Assembly (NCBI GenBank): GCA_963714015.1
Contig: OY970223.1
Location: 2,848,001-2,912,000, forward strand
Direction of reading: 5' to 3'
Length of the DNA stretch: 64,000 nt
Source of the DNA: Vulcanimicrobiota bacterium
GTDB taxonomy: Bacteria; Vulcanimicrobiota; Vulcanimicrobiia; Vulcanimicrobiales; Vulcanimicrobiaceae
Both the position numbers and the translations under genes were made by a program. The notes under the pieces are model-generated. The model saw only the letters and a program-made list of their open reading frames with translations. It was not told where the DNA came from and made no database searches. Shown one piece after another: positions 31,243 through 42,132 of the stretch. Positions within the stretch are counted from its first letter, which is position 1, and every line of letters begins with the position of its first letter.

Positions 31243-32851
31243 TCAAGGCTTTTTGGGTGTTTGTCCGGACGTAGCAGTACCTTTCGTGTTCTTAGTGGAC
31301 GTTTGAGGTGACTTTGTGCTGTTGCCGTTTTCGGTTGGAAAGATCGGAATGCTAAAGGCGAAGCCGAATCGGTTCGTAGCCTGTGACGTCGTCGAAATGC
31401 TAGTTCCGGAGGGCACGATTTGATTTACCATGTAGCCGTTCAGCGAGTTAACATCGGCGCGAAATATGCCTAAACTAAAATAGAAGGATTGATTTAGAGA
31501 GGCGCTCAACCCGATCATGCCGCTGGCGAACTGTTGCTGAGATGTGGTAATAGCAAACGTTGCGTGCAACGCCCAAGGGCTCGGGTTGCTTGTAAGGCGA
31601 TAGTGCACCATTTGCGTCATCAGGAATGGTTGGCCCGAGTCTTGCCTATTCGGCTGGATTTGCGTCACGTTGCTCGTGCCGGACATCGTTGTGCCGGTTT
31701 TCCACGATCGATTCGGAATGTTGCTATAGCCGATGCCGTGTGTAGATGTGATTCTGCTAGGCCCCACAAGAACCAGCAAATCCTTTTTAAATACGGCCGC
31801 ATCGGAAGATGAACTGTCGGACGTATCCGAGTTGTTGTCGCCTGTCGTTGCGCCGGTTGAAGGCGTCGAGCCTTGACCTCCTCCCGTTGCGCCGCCGGAT
31901 GTCCCTGCGTCGGTGGAGGACTTGTCTTGGGCGTCTGTCGTCGCGCTGGTTGTCGACGTCTTGTTCACTGCAGAACCCGAAGCGGCGGCGCTTTTGACGA
32001 GCGTTCTATCGATCGCAACGAATGATACGGTTGCGTTGTCGGCGTACGCGCCTTTCGGGCACGACAATACTTTCTCGGGGAGAGTAAAATCCGCTGGTTG
32101 AATCGCGCTTAATACGGGCTGCCAGGCAATGATCGCCTTTATGGATTGATTTATAGCGTTGCTTGTGTCGTCTGAATCCGATTGGAATCCCGAAACCTCT
32201 TTGCTTAGGTCGCTTAAGACGCTTTTTTGCTCGGCCGTAACGCCTGCGCTGCCTTGAGCGAGTCGAACAGCTGCTACAGCAGCGTTTATCTCTTTACTCG
32301 GCCAAACAAAACTGGTTTGCGTACGCTTTATGGTCGCGGCTTCGTCATGGGCTTGTTTAACGATGGACGAGATGTCGGCATTCTCGTCGTCGGCTTCCAC
32401 CACGATCTGTTGAACGGCCGTAGCACGCGGATTCAGGGAATTGCGCAAGGTATCGATTGCGTTCTCTGCCGCCTGCACGGCCTTGACCGCTTCATCGAAG
32501 TTACTACCGGCACTTTTGCCGTGCGTCTGTTCGCTGCCGCCGACCACTCCGCTTGTGGCGGACTGGCCGAGATCGCCGAACGGGTTGATATCCGTCGGCA
32601 GAGAGCAGTCTGTGTATAACGCTTACTTGAGCCGACGCATATCGAAGCGCATTGTAGCGAACGGTAAGCGATGCCGGACATATTACCTGTTCGTTTTGAT
32701 CCGGCGTCGCGGCATTTACAAAAATCGTTTCCGGATCAGCCGCGGAGGCTGGCTCAACGAAACACGGCAGGAACGCTAGAATGGCCGCGCCGGCTAACAA
32801 AGTGCGTTGCAAGTGCACGGAGGGAGCCCGGGCCAAATAAAATTGAAGCAT
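31243..32851 (-). CDS. Secreted protein with a helical region, Ser/Thr/Gly linker and beta-rich C-terminus (frameshift ~32600)
   Basis: Signal peptide LLAGAAILAFLPCFVEPASA in the upstream frame; 434-aa downstream ORF. Confidence 0.7.
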
Positions 32852-33135
32852 CCTTACACCCCTAAAAAGCGCTTGACACGTTGTAACCTTATACATACGC
32901 CGCTCGGGGACTGCGCAAGAGGGCCAAATGGCTCATTGTGATGCGAGAGCGCCATTGCCGCGGCTTGTAAAAGAAGCAAACCGTATGCATCTTGCGGCCG
33001 AACGGTTGCTTGTATGCTAACTTTTCGCGCCGTGACGGTCATGCGTTTCAACTTTTTGATGCGAAGTAGTAAATGAGCGGTAATGTGCCGACTCCATCCG
33101 CATACGCAGCGTCTGCGAAGATGCGCGGCACTTGT

Positions 33136-33436
33136 CGATGGATGCGCAAAACCGGCGGTGCTCTCTCGTGACCACGACATCGGTGAGCACATCACCATCC
33201 ATCGTGGGCGTGAAAATGTCCCCAGCGAAATGCATCCTCCAGGCGACAAAAACGCCCTCGCACTGCCGGCACAACAGCGTTTCTTTCGGAGCGTCCTGAA
33301 GACGCCGATCTGGCTGCGTCCAGTTCCGAAGGAACGGGTTTGGCGAATCCGCCTTCTGCCGCTTCGCGACAAATTGCGGGATGATGTGGCTGACTTCGAG
33401 TTCGCGGTCGTTCCGGCAAAGTCTGCAAACTGGCAT
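33136..33436 (-). pseudogene. N-terminal fragment of an HNH-like zinc-finger protein
   Basis: CRLC...SHIIPQF...LLCRQCE; similarity ends at FCASI. Confidence 0.7.
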
Positions 33437-33519
33437 CTATGACAACTCCTTCCCTTCGCCAACCAGCTCTAGCGCCTCAAGTGCTCTTCGCTCGCTTTCA
33501 ACGACCGACGCGCTGCATG

Positions 33520-34359
33520 CGACGGTTGGCCGGAAACCGAAATCCAGTGTGTTATTCGCCTTTCTGGTCCAAGAATTTTGGCCGGTGAAGATCCGGCGTT
33601 TCCGGTCAAGCCGGTAGAATGGAGACGAGGGCCGCCGCCAGTTGCTGGCGTGTACCTTGGCTGCGCTCGTAGTCCGTCGTCGGAAGCGCGCAACGCGCCG
33701 ATCAGCAGGTTGACCAAACCCGCAACGCCGTGCACCATCCGCTGATCGCAAATGGTGCCCTGGCGGCCAGTGAGGCGGACGCGTTCTTAACCCTTATTTC
33801 GGTCGTCTGGAATCTTCAGCCCTCGTGCATTTGGGAGCCTTGGCGAGGCGTCGCGCAGAATAGCGCTTTGCCCAGAGTATCCGCTGTTGGCGTTGAAATT
33901 TTATCAGACCGCTGGTCCAGCGTGGATTCGGATGGCCGCTCGAGTTGGAATTGAGGGCATTCCGGAACTTGATCGCGCTGAACGTGACATGCGAACGCTG
34001 GAAAATACGCAAGAGTTCAAAGATGCGAAGAGCGATGTCGTGCAACGCTTTAGCCTGATGAGCGAGGATGAGTGGACCGCCTGGAGCAAACGGAGCCATG
34101 GCGACGTCCTGGCGCTTGTGCAAGTATCGCAAAATCTCCGTGCGCGTGGTTCCGATGTGCGAGTTGCTGACCACTTAGAGTTACCTCAAGGCGTTGCGGT
34201 AAACGGCTACTTAATGCGCGCTATTGGCTTTGCGCTATTCGCCCTGGTACAACTTTGTGCGGAATTCGAGGTCGATATGCGCGGCCGATTGGCTGACCTG
34301 GCGAGCGCCTACGAGCACATGCATGAGCGTGACGCTGCCACGGTGAATTGCGCGCTGTG
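33520..34359 (+). pseudogene. Diverged, frameshifted duplicate of 8824-9774
   Basis: Long near-identical DNA tracts between ~33610-34355 and ~8988-9735. Confidence 0.9.
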
Positions 34360-34360
34360 C

Positions 34361-34534
34361 ATCATGGCTGTGCTCTTCGCCGCAAGCACCATCGCAACGT
34401 ACATCGCCTTGTGCGTCTTGTCTCGCGATGCCATGCGACGACTAAGCTTCGGCCCCGTCGAGCGCTACGGCGAGGTCTTGAGCGGCGTGATAATCGCGAT
34501 CGTGGGCGTAGTCTTCATAATTCGTCCGGTGTAG
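34361..34534 (+). pseudogene. C-terminal fragment of a Ni/Co-transporter-like membrane protein fused to the duplicate
   Basis: IMAVLFAASTIATYIALC...ERYGEVLSGVIIAIVG. Confidence 0.55.
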
Positions 34535-34540
34535 CGGCGC

Positions 34541-35102
34541 GTGAACGAAGATCTCCGCATTTTGGCCGTCGCGCTGGCAATCGGTCTCGACGTGTTCGCG
34601 TTGTCCATAGCGGTTGGCATGAAGTCTCCGCCATGGCGGGACCGACTGCGCCTTGGCGCTGCCTTTTCAATCGCCGAAATTTCGATGCAAGTTTTGGGGC
34701 CTCGTTTTGGGTACCGCTTTCGGCCACGTTGCGGGCGAGGTGGCGTCGTGGACCGGCCTGCTGTTGCTGGGCGGAATCGGCCTATGGATGTTGAGAGAAG
34801 GCTTCGCGAACGACGACAGCCACGAGTTCGACATACGCTCCGCGGGAGGGCTCCTCGTTGCATCGCTTTCGATAAGCCTCGATTCGCTCGGCGTCGGCTT
34901 TGCTTTGCCCGTCATGCGCCTTCCCGTGCTTCCGTTGCTGGCGACGGTAGCGGTGTCTACGGTGTGTTTTACGTTGGGCGGACTCGGCTTCGGAGCGAGA
35001 CTTGGTCATATCTTCGAGAAAAACGCCGAACGCGGAGCCGGCGTCGTGCTCATCCTGCTGGCTGCCGCGTTCGCGGTTCAAAAGTTTGGCGGAGTAACGT
35101 AG
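34541..35102 (+). CDS. mntP: Manganese efflux pump MntP family (frameshift ~34700)
   Basis: AIGLDVFALSIAVG and SISLDSLGVGF repeats. Confidence 0.85.
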
Positions 35103-35162
35103 CGGGACGGACCGGCAGCGATGTCCGTCGGATCCTATCGGTGGTGAGGGTACACCGCTGGC

Positions 35163-35606
35163 ATGAGAAGACAGACTACCATTGGTTTGGCAATCATGGC
35201 CGGAGCCGTCGCCGCCGACGCGCTGATCAGAAGAGACGAGTCGGTGGTGGGGCGGCTCGTCAGATCGCGGCGGGAGCAAACAACGCCAGAGCCGATGATG
35301 CAAGACGCCGACGGCGTCGCTTCGCTTCGCGATGCGAAAGAAGCCGAATCCGAACTGCACGAGGGATGCCGCCAGGAAGTGCTCGCGGCGGCGCGGACGC
35401 TGCACGAGGAAGGGCGCGTGGACTTCTCGCCCGTCGAGGTGATCGAATCCATGCAGGCGCGTGGGACCAGGTACGCCGAGAGCACGATACGCACGCACGT
35501 CGTCTCGCGGATGTGCGCGGACGCGCCCGACAACCATGGAACGACCTACGACGATTTCGAGCGCGTCGAACGCGGGCACTACCGGTTGCGGGGCCACTCG
35601 CAGTAG
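35163..35606 (+). CDS. Membrane-anchored winged-helix-like protein
   Basis: CRQEVLAAA...FSPVEVI...YAESTIRTHV...RVERGHYRL. Confidence 0.7.
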   Translation: MRRQTTIGLAIMAGAVAADALIRRDESVVGRLVRSRREQTTPEPMMQDADGVASLRDAKEAESELHEGCRQEVLAAARTLHEEGRVDFSPVEVIESMQARGTRYAESTIRTHVVSRMCADAPDNHGTTYDDFERVERGHYRLRGHSQ

Positions 35607-35622
35607 CGCAAAGACTCGCGCG

Positions 35623-35805
35623 ATGAAGAATCCGATGGAGCGCCCCGCTCAATGGCGCGAAAAGGCCGGGCCGTGTCCGAAGTGCGGATGGGCGGAAACC
35701 GTAGCGCGCAAGTCCAGGACCACCGGAGAGTTGTATTTCGGTTGCGCGCGCCCGAAGAACGGGCCGCGCGGCGGCTGCAATTTCAAGGGCTGTCGCAGTC
35801 ATTGA
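35623..35805 (+). CDS. Topoisomerase-type C4 zinc finger protein
   Basis: CPKCG...RKSRTTGELYFGC...CNF. Confidence 0.7.
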   Translation: MKNPMERPAQWREKAGPCPKCGWAETVARKSRTTGELYFGCARPKNGPRGGCNFKGCRSH

Positions 35806-36128
35806 AGTCATCCTGACGCGCGGCGCTGAGGTTTCCGCGCGTGATCGTGTTGGATGGCGGGGCCTCTACGTAGTACGGAGGCGGCGGAGGAGGCGGCGGC
35901 GGTTGCGATATTATAGGAAAAATAGCATGTCCCACGAGGTTCAGCTGCGTATGGGCCATCCTAGAAGGCGTTCTCGCCGGGACACTATTGGCTGCCGCCG
36001 TCATGGCCGCTATTACAAATCCCATTTTTGGATGGATCGAGGTAACAGCCTTAGTTGGTGGCCACGTCGCTTTGCTCGATTCGATCTCGAACGCCTTTCA
36101 GGAATGCGCGTAGGATAAGCGGCCCACC

Positions 36129-36350
36129 ATGCTTCCAAAGGTTCTCCCTACTCCTCATTACTGGGCCATCGCAGTGTATTTCATACCTTCTGCAATCATG
36201 GCTCTCGGCGTCTATCTTCGCTGGAAGCGCATTCCGACATTCCCTGTAAATCTACAAGAGCAGGCGAAGAGAGGTACGTTCCGGTTCGCATGGCTCGTCG
36301 GGTTCCTCACGCTGGTCGTGATGGATATGATTAAACTCCCTGCGCGGTAG
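36129..36350 (+). CDS. Small 2-TM protein
   Basis: Two hydrophobic segments, followed by a terminator. Confidence 0.5.
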   Translation: MLPKVLPTPHYWAIAVYFIPSAIMALGVYLRWKRIPTFPVNLQEQAKRGTFRFAWLVGFLTLVVMDMIKLPAR

Positions 36351-36371
36351 AACCCCCGAACACTGCACAAC

Positions 36372-36407
36372 AAAGAAGGTCCCGTGCAACCGCGGGACCT
36401 TCTTTTT
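36372..36407. terminator. Intrinsic, likely bidirectional terminator
   Basis: AAAGAAGGTCCCG-N8-CGGGACCTTCTTTTT. Confidence 0.8.
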
Positions 36408-36941
36408 ACGTCCTTTTTGCTCGCCGGTCGATACGTTCTCCGTACAGTCGGCGTCTAACGATTTCTTGAAGCGACAACCACCACTCGTTGTCAAAGGGGA
36501 ATGAGCGGTCCAAGTCGGCGTACTCGACGCCCGTACGCCTTTTCATCCCAAAGCGACGACGTGTCGGCCATAGCAACTAGTATTTTAGCCGACGTTCATC
36601 GCCCCCGATGGTCACGACGCGGACGTTCATGCCGGGGTTTCGTGGACGGTCGCCCTCAAGCACGCCCTCGTCCTCCACGCGTTTCATGACCTTCTTGAGG
36701 ATCTCGCGATGGTGTCCGTCGCACAATGGTGCACAGCCAGCGCATCCCGGAATTGAGGTCAGTATGATCGTGACAGATCGGGCTCCTTGCGCGGTGCGCC
36801 GTCCGGCCGATCCGAGTTCCCATCAGCGCCGCGACGGACAGCGACATGAACTCCACGTGACGCGCGCCTTCGCGCGTGGGGCCGCGTCGACCGAACGCCG
36901 CGTGGGTAACTGCATGCCAGCCTTGCTAGGGAGTGCAAAGA

Positions 36942-37403
36942 ATGAAGACGGTCCATCTCCTCATGGCCACGGCCCTGGTCATCGGCACATGTTGCGGATG
37001 CAGCGGTTCGAACCGAAGTTCGAGCGACACGACGACGAGCGACACGAGCGCCGCCTCCCCATCGCCGGCTGCCGACAGTCCCGACGTGGTTCAAGGCGAG
37101 CTGAAGGAAATGAATTCTTCGGTCGATCTGCTCAACCAAAGCAGCGACGCCGCCGGCGCATTCCAGGACGCTCGCATCGAAAGCGGCCTCCATTCAAACG
37201 ACACCTTCACTCTCGACGTGGACACGGACAAGATCTCCACCGGCCAGGACCAACGCCGTCTAACCTCCGTTATGCTCGAAGCGTGGGTGAAGGCGTACAG
37301 GGACCACCACGGCGGAAGCGCCGCGGTTCCGCTTGCAGTATCCATCGATGATCTGTCCGGTCAGGAAGTGCAGCATGACTCCTATGACCCTAGATCGCAG
37401 TAG
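36942..37403 (+). CDS. Lipoprotein
   Basis: Signal peptide ending in Cys; Ser/Thr linker. Confidence 0.7.
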   Translation: MKTVHLLMATALVIGTCCGCSGSNRSSSDTTTSDTSAASPSPAADSPDVVQGELKEMNSSVDLLNQSSDAAGAFQDARIESGLHSNDTFTLDVDTDKISTGQDQRRLTSVMLEAWVKAYRDHHGGSAAVPLAVSIDDLSGQEVQHDSYDPRSQ

Positions 37404-38062
37404 TGCTTCGCATGAAGGCGCTTCTCTTAAACTTCTCCGTCGAGCTCAGTTTCATTGCCTGCTCATCATTACAGCCTTGCGGCACGCGCAACGTTGTACA
37501 GACTACGATCGATCACAGCGTGCAGGCGAACAACATGCGCGCCAAATTGAGTGCTACGCACTTCCCCGGCGGCCGGGAGGACATAGAACTCGACGATGGG
37601 CACGTTTACGCGGCCAATTTCTTTACGCGGAAGCCGCTGGAGGCGGCGGACAGATTGGCAGTATGCCCCTGTCACCGGCGATCAAGTCGAGCTGTGCGCG
37701 CTGACTGCGGCGGACGGTTCGAAGTATTGTTTTGCCCGATGCGTTGCGCAAGCCTCACGGCCTTGAGACGTGGACTCGTGCACCAACGGCACGGCGGAAA
37801 TTCTTGCCACCTGTTTGCACCTGGTTCAGCAACCGGAATCGGAGCCGTAGCCAACAGCATCACTCCGTCGAGGTAGACGGCGCGCCAAACGGTGTTCCGA
37901 AGATCTTCGTTGAGAGTCCGGGTGCAGGACTCTTCGGAGCAGTACACCTTTAGCTGCGCGGCTACCGCTTACCGTCCATGCGCGATTGCTTTGGACGAGG
38001 TCATGCTCAACCTGGACCTTCGCGAACAGCATGTGGCCATCCGGGCAACTGGAAGTGTTTCT

Positions 38063-38803
38063 TCATGTTGCAGCGCCTTCGTCGCCACAGACGCCTTCGT
38101 GTCCATCAATCTCCATAGTGGACTGTTCATCGCTGATGAATTTCTTGATAGCGAGGCGGCCAACCATCCGCATCATTAGGACGTCGGCCGTTCCGCCTAT
38201 CACCGCGCCGGCGAAGGGGGCGACCCTACCCAGATTCACGATTCCCCGAGTGCCGGCTTTCGTCACGATTCGCGAACCGCCGATGCGGTTGATGGTCGTC
38301 AAGAGCGCGCGCGGGATCTTCTTAACGCCTTTAACTGCGAGCGACTTCGCAACCCCGACGGCGGCACGCTTCCCGGGTCCGGCAAGGGAGTCGCCCGCGA
38401 CGAGCGCAAGAACGAACGCCTTCACGTCCGGACTCAGCGGATCTTCGCCCGCAAGCACCGCGATGGCCGCCACAGTCGTCGCCTGAAGCACCAGCGCGGC
38501 CGGAACCGATACTGCGATGCTTGCAAGGCCGCCGAGTCCGGTCAAGAAGCCGGCGCTGCCGGCGTAAGTGCATTGCGTTCTAAGCAGTCGGCGCGCACGC
38601 TCATCGAGCGTTCCAGGTTTTGCGCGGTGAAATTCGCCGATCTCGCGTGCACCCGGAAAGCCCGGGAAACCGTCCACAATCAACCCGTACAGGGCGTTTA
38701 CTGGTTCGCCTGCGCGTGAATTCAAGAATTGGAGCAGCAACGGAGCGTTGATCTGAGGATTGTTCGAACCGTCCCGGTATCGCTGCTTTTCTTCTTCCGC
38801 CAT
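38063..38803 (-). CDS. EcsC family protein
   Basis: GSAGFLTGLGG...TKAGTRGIVNLGRVAPFAGAVIGG. Confidence 0.8.
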   Translation of the reverse strand: MAEEEKQRYRDGSNNPQINAPLLLQFLNSRAGEPVNALYGLIVDGFPGFPGAREIGEFHRAKPGTLDERARRLLRTQCTYAGSAGFLTGLGGLASIAVSVPAALVLQATTVAAIAVLAGEDPLSPDVKAFVLALVAGDSLAGPGKRAAVGVAKSLAVKGVKKIPRALLTTINRIGGSRIVTKAGTRGIVNLGRVAPFAGAVIGGTADVLMMRMVGRLAIKKFISDEQSTMEIDGHEGVCGDEGAAT

Positions 38804-38990
38804 GCCGTCTCGGTTTGCCCGTCGGAGTACGATCCTACGCTGCCGGATCTGCCCGCCCGCCGTGCACCGATGGGGTTTCCGGCATGCGGTTACAAGCTCG
38901 TTTGTTTTTCCCGCGGGCTCAGCGCGGGAAAGATGCTCGAAGCGACGCTGCGGCAGAGCAGGCATGGCGCGTTGGAAAGGATGGGGTTGG

Positions 38991-39274
38991 ATGCTTAAGG
39001 TGGGACAGGTGGAGTACGGATTTCTAAAGTTGAAGATTTTTTGGTGAGGATTCGTCATCTCGACGGCGCGGATGTCAGATCCGACCGGACCGGCATGCCG
39101 ACCTGGCCGTACGAGCGCGCGGCGAAGGACGCCTGGAACGTGGCGGACTGGAAGCGCGAGCGCTTCAAGCCCACGTATCCGGGATTCGAGGTTGAAGTCC
39201 TGGACGGGGATGGCAATCCGGTCCAAGGCAACATGAAACTCGAGACCGTCCGTGACTCGTACGCGGAGGATTAG
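38991..39274 (+). CDS. Small hypothetical protein (frameshift ~39040)
   Basis: DVRSDRTGMP..PYERAAK...YPGFEVEVLDGDG...TVRDSY. Confidence 0.65.
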
Positions 39275-39302
39275 ATCTAGGATCCGCGTTCGAACGGCGT
39301 TG

Positions 39303-39766
39303 ATGTTGTTCGCCGCAGCGATTTGCGTGCCAGTCTGTGTTTCGGCGCAACAAGACGCCACTAGTTATTCGTCGCCAGAGCTGGCGTGTGGGGCCGAGCG
39401 TTTGCACGCGCAGACCGCGCCGTCGACGCGCATGATCTCTACGGCAAAAGCGGAGGCCGTAAAACGCATGCCGTTGCGGAGGTTGATTCGGCGGTGCATG
39501 CGCTACGCCTGGCCGTGGCTCAATGCCTCAATCCTCCCTCCATGGCCCACGTGACCTTCCGCAACTGATTCCTCATAACGTACAACACGGTGTACAAACA
39601 CTTCACGAACCACGCGGACGCGGGAACGACTGGATTCGTGCTGGCGGATCAGATGCTTGCGAAGTGCATCCAGGACTTGCTCGGCACGCCGGAAGGAGCG
39701 GCGTGCCAGATACGCTTGCGCGCCAACGCGCGGATCGCCAAGTTCGTCGATTCGGACGGTACCTGA
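39303..39766 (+). CDS. Secreted hypothetical protein (several frameshifts)
   Basis: Signal peptide; coding-like segments in successive frames. Confidence 0.4.
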
Positions 39767-39769
39767 CGA

Positions 39770-40114
39770 ATGGCGGACCAGGCTCGCGAGGTGGCGTTCA
39801 CGCGCTCGTTCTTTCGCAACCTTGAGCAGATCGAAAAACACATCCGCAGGCGCAGCATCATCCGGCAGATGATCGAGCGCTACGGCAACAACGTCGCGGA
39901 AGCGTGGCGGCATCTCAAACCTAACGAGCCGACGTCTGGATTCATGCAACTGTATGAGAACGGCTTGCTGCATCTCAGCATTGAGGCGTTGATGCTCGAA
40001 AGGCAATGGCAAGACGTGTTCACGCGCGACAATCGGAAAGAGGCGCTAGACGCGCTCGCGTCGTTGGACGCGGAATGGCGCGAGCGCGTTGACGGCGACT
40101 ATTTCTTGAAGTGA
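39770..40114 (+). CDS. Hypothetical protein
   Basis: SGFMQLYENGLLHLSIEALML...FT motif. Confidence 0.7.
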   Translation: MADQAREVAFTRSFFRNLEQIEKHIRRRSIIRQMIERYGNNVAEAWRHLKPNEPTSGFMQLYENGLLHLSIEALMLERQWQDVFTRDNRKEALDALASLDAEWRERVDGDYFLK

Positions 40115-40336
40115 CGGTCAAAGGCGAAGTGATTGCCGCGGCCCGCCTGCGCGCGAAGACTGGAAGCGTTGCCGTAATAGGATGCCGCGAAGGCGCGGCG
40201 CGGCTGGTCGTCGAGCGGATCGAGGCCGTCTCCAACCGGCTGTCGCCGGCATCGCACAAAAAAGCCGTCGCGGCCGCTAGAATGTGCCAGGCGTATGTCA
40301 TCTCCGTGGGTAACGCTCAAGCCGGAGGTGGCTCAA

Positions 40337-40459
40337 ATGCAACGAGTGCATCCTATCGCGGCCCTCGTGACCGCCGCGTCGATCTTCTTGACCGCGGAGT
40401 GGTTCATCCGCCGCGAGGAATCGCTCCTCGCCAAATTCTTCGGTTCTCTCGGCTACTGA
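40337..40459 (+). CDS. 40-aa membrane peptide
   Basis: GGAGGT RBS; single hydrophobic segment. Confidence 0.5.
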   Translation: MQRVHPIAALVTAASIFLTAEWFIRREESLLAKFFGSLGY

Positions 40460-40469
40460 GGCGGCTCGA

Positions 40470-40671
40470 ATGCAGTCGTTTAAGGTAGCGCACGTGCGCG
40501 AGCAGGGCGTCGATCTCATCATCGTGTTCGTTGACGAACGCGTGAGCAATATGACAGACGCCGACCGCCGCGAGATAGCGGGACGGCTCACGCTCTGCGC
40601 GCGCCATCCGCATAACAGATGTTATTAGGCGATTGAAGGCGATGGACAAAGAGATCGACATCTTGCTGTAA
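40470..40671 (+). pseudogene. Chimera of two gene fragments joined at ~40605
   Basis: MQSFKVAHVREQGVDLIIVF...LCAR breaks off; an unrelated tail IRITDVIRRLKAMDKEIDILL* follows in another frame. Confidence 0.5.
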
Positions 40672-40895
40672 CGTTACGTTTGCTTATATCACATCGCACA
40701 TTTCACGCACGATCTTGAAACGTGGCGCAACGTGGGAAGTTCCATGCCGCAAGGCTACACTATTTCTGCTGCGAAAGCTACGAAGGCACAAAAAGCGATC
40801 TACGACGTACTCGATGCACTTGCCAAGCGCCGCGGCTTCGTGACGGTCGAACGCGTGAGGCATTCGCACACTCCTCGCAGGACGCGGGGCATGAA

Positions 40896-41724
40896 GTGAA
40901 CGACAAATCTGCAAGGCAAACATCGCGTACGAAAAGCCGCAGATCGCAGGCGGATCCGCAGGCGCGCGCAGCGCTTTCTCTTGACGCATCTCGAGAGCGG
41001 CAACGCGTTCACGAAGGAAGAGTTTCGTACCGCTAGCGGATGGCCAGCCCAGACCTTCAAGACATACTGGTCGAAGCGGTTCGCTCAGATCATTCGACGG
41101 GGAGGCGTCGGGAAATACAGAGTGGACGGCACGTTCGAGCGATTTCGTGGCTTAGGCGCGTTCCGTCGCTACATGAGTCAGGCGACGGGAGATCGAGGGG
41201 TCTATGCTTTGACGAAGTTTCCCACGGTCGTTACATACGAATTCTATTTGCCACTGGCGCATGAAACTACGCTAAGACGTACTCTGGATGCTTTGTTCTA
41301 CGAGGACAGCGTTATGCCGCGATTAAAGCGCATGGATATCAGAGAACTCGAAGAGCACTTGCCTTCCGAGATGCTGCTGGGAGAAGCGCCAGTACTTGAA
41401 CGCGCAAGGGAATTTGTTAATCGCAACTTCAGCGGATACTCGATTTACCACGTCAGCGGGCGGTTTCGTGCCGACGACATCAACTCTCAAGCGGCGGCCA
41501 CCTCGTCATCCGCGAACGGTGAGCCGTATCTAATTGATGAAACTACAGCCGTGGTGCAATTCATCTTTCCTTGCTTGAGCCAAGCCGAAGCCGCTAGGAC
41601 GCGATTGCTGTTTCACAGCCTCTTCGTTCAACCGATCATAGACTTGATAAGTGGCGAGGATCAGATCTGGATGATTGAAACTGGGACGGGCAGCAGTGCT
41701 CACGTGTGGAAGAACCAGGGGTAG
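40896..41724 (+). CDS. Hypothetical protein with an N-terminal HTH-like region (frameshift ~40980)
   Basis: 247-aa ORF plus an upstream frame. Confidence 0.7.
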
Positions 41725-41729
41725 CAACT

Positions 41730-41738
41730 TGGTATAAT
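41730..41738 (+). promoter_or_regulatory. Extended -10 promoter element
   Basis: TGGTATAAT matches TGnTATAAT in intergenic DNA. Confidence 0.5.
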
Positions 41739-42132
41739 TGCTTGCATAAGCATGAGATCCGACTAAGCCGCCAAGGCGGCCGACATGATCAAGAACTTGC
41801 GCGTTTCCAATCCCATGTAGGCGACTCGAAAATAAGCCAGATCAATTTTGTGGACCCTTGCTCGCAAATGGTTCTTCAATCCAGATCGATTTTCGCGAAT
41901 GCGGATTGACACTCCCGGGCGAGCATTTGTTTCCACGTCTGAGAGCCAGACGCGTGTCAATCGACCAAAGAATCGCAGGAGTAAAAAGGCACAAAGCGAG
42001 CGGTTGGCGGCTATATATCAAGCGAGTAGGCGTTGGATGTCTTGCTTGCAACGGGATCACCAATATTGGGGATGTCCGGGTCGTAGTTCCCGCGATAGGT
42101 TCGCAGAGCAGCGCCCGTTTCAAAGGGAGGGA

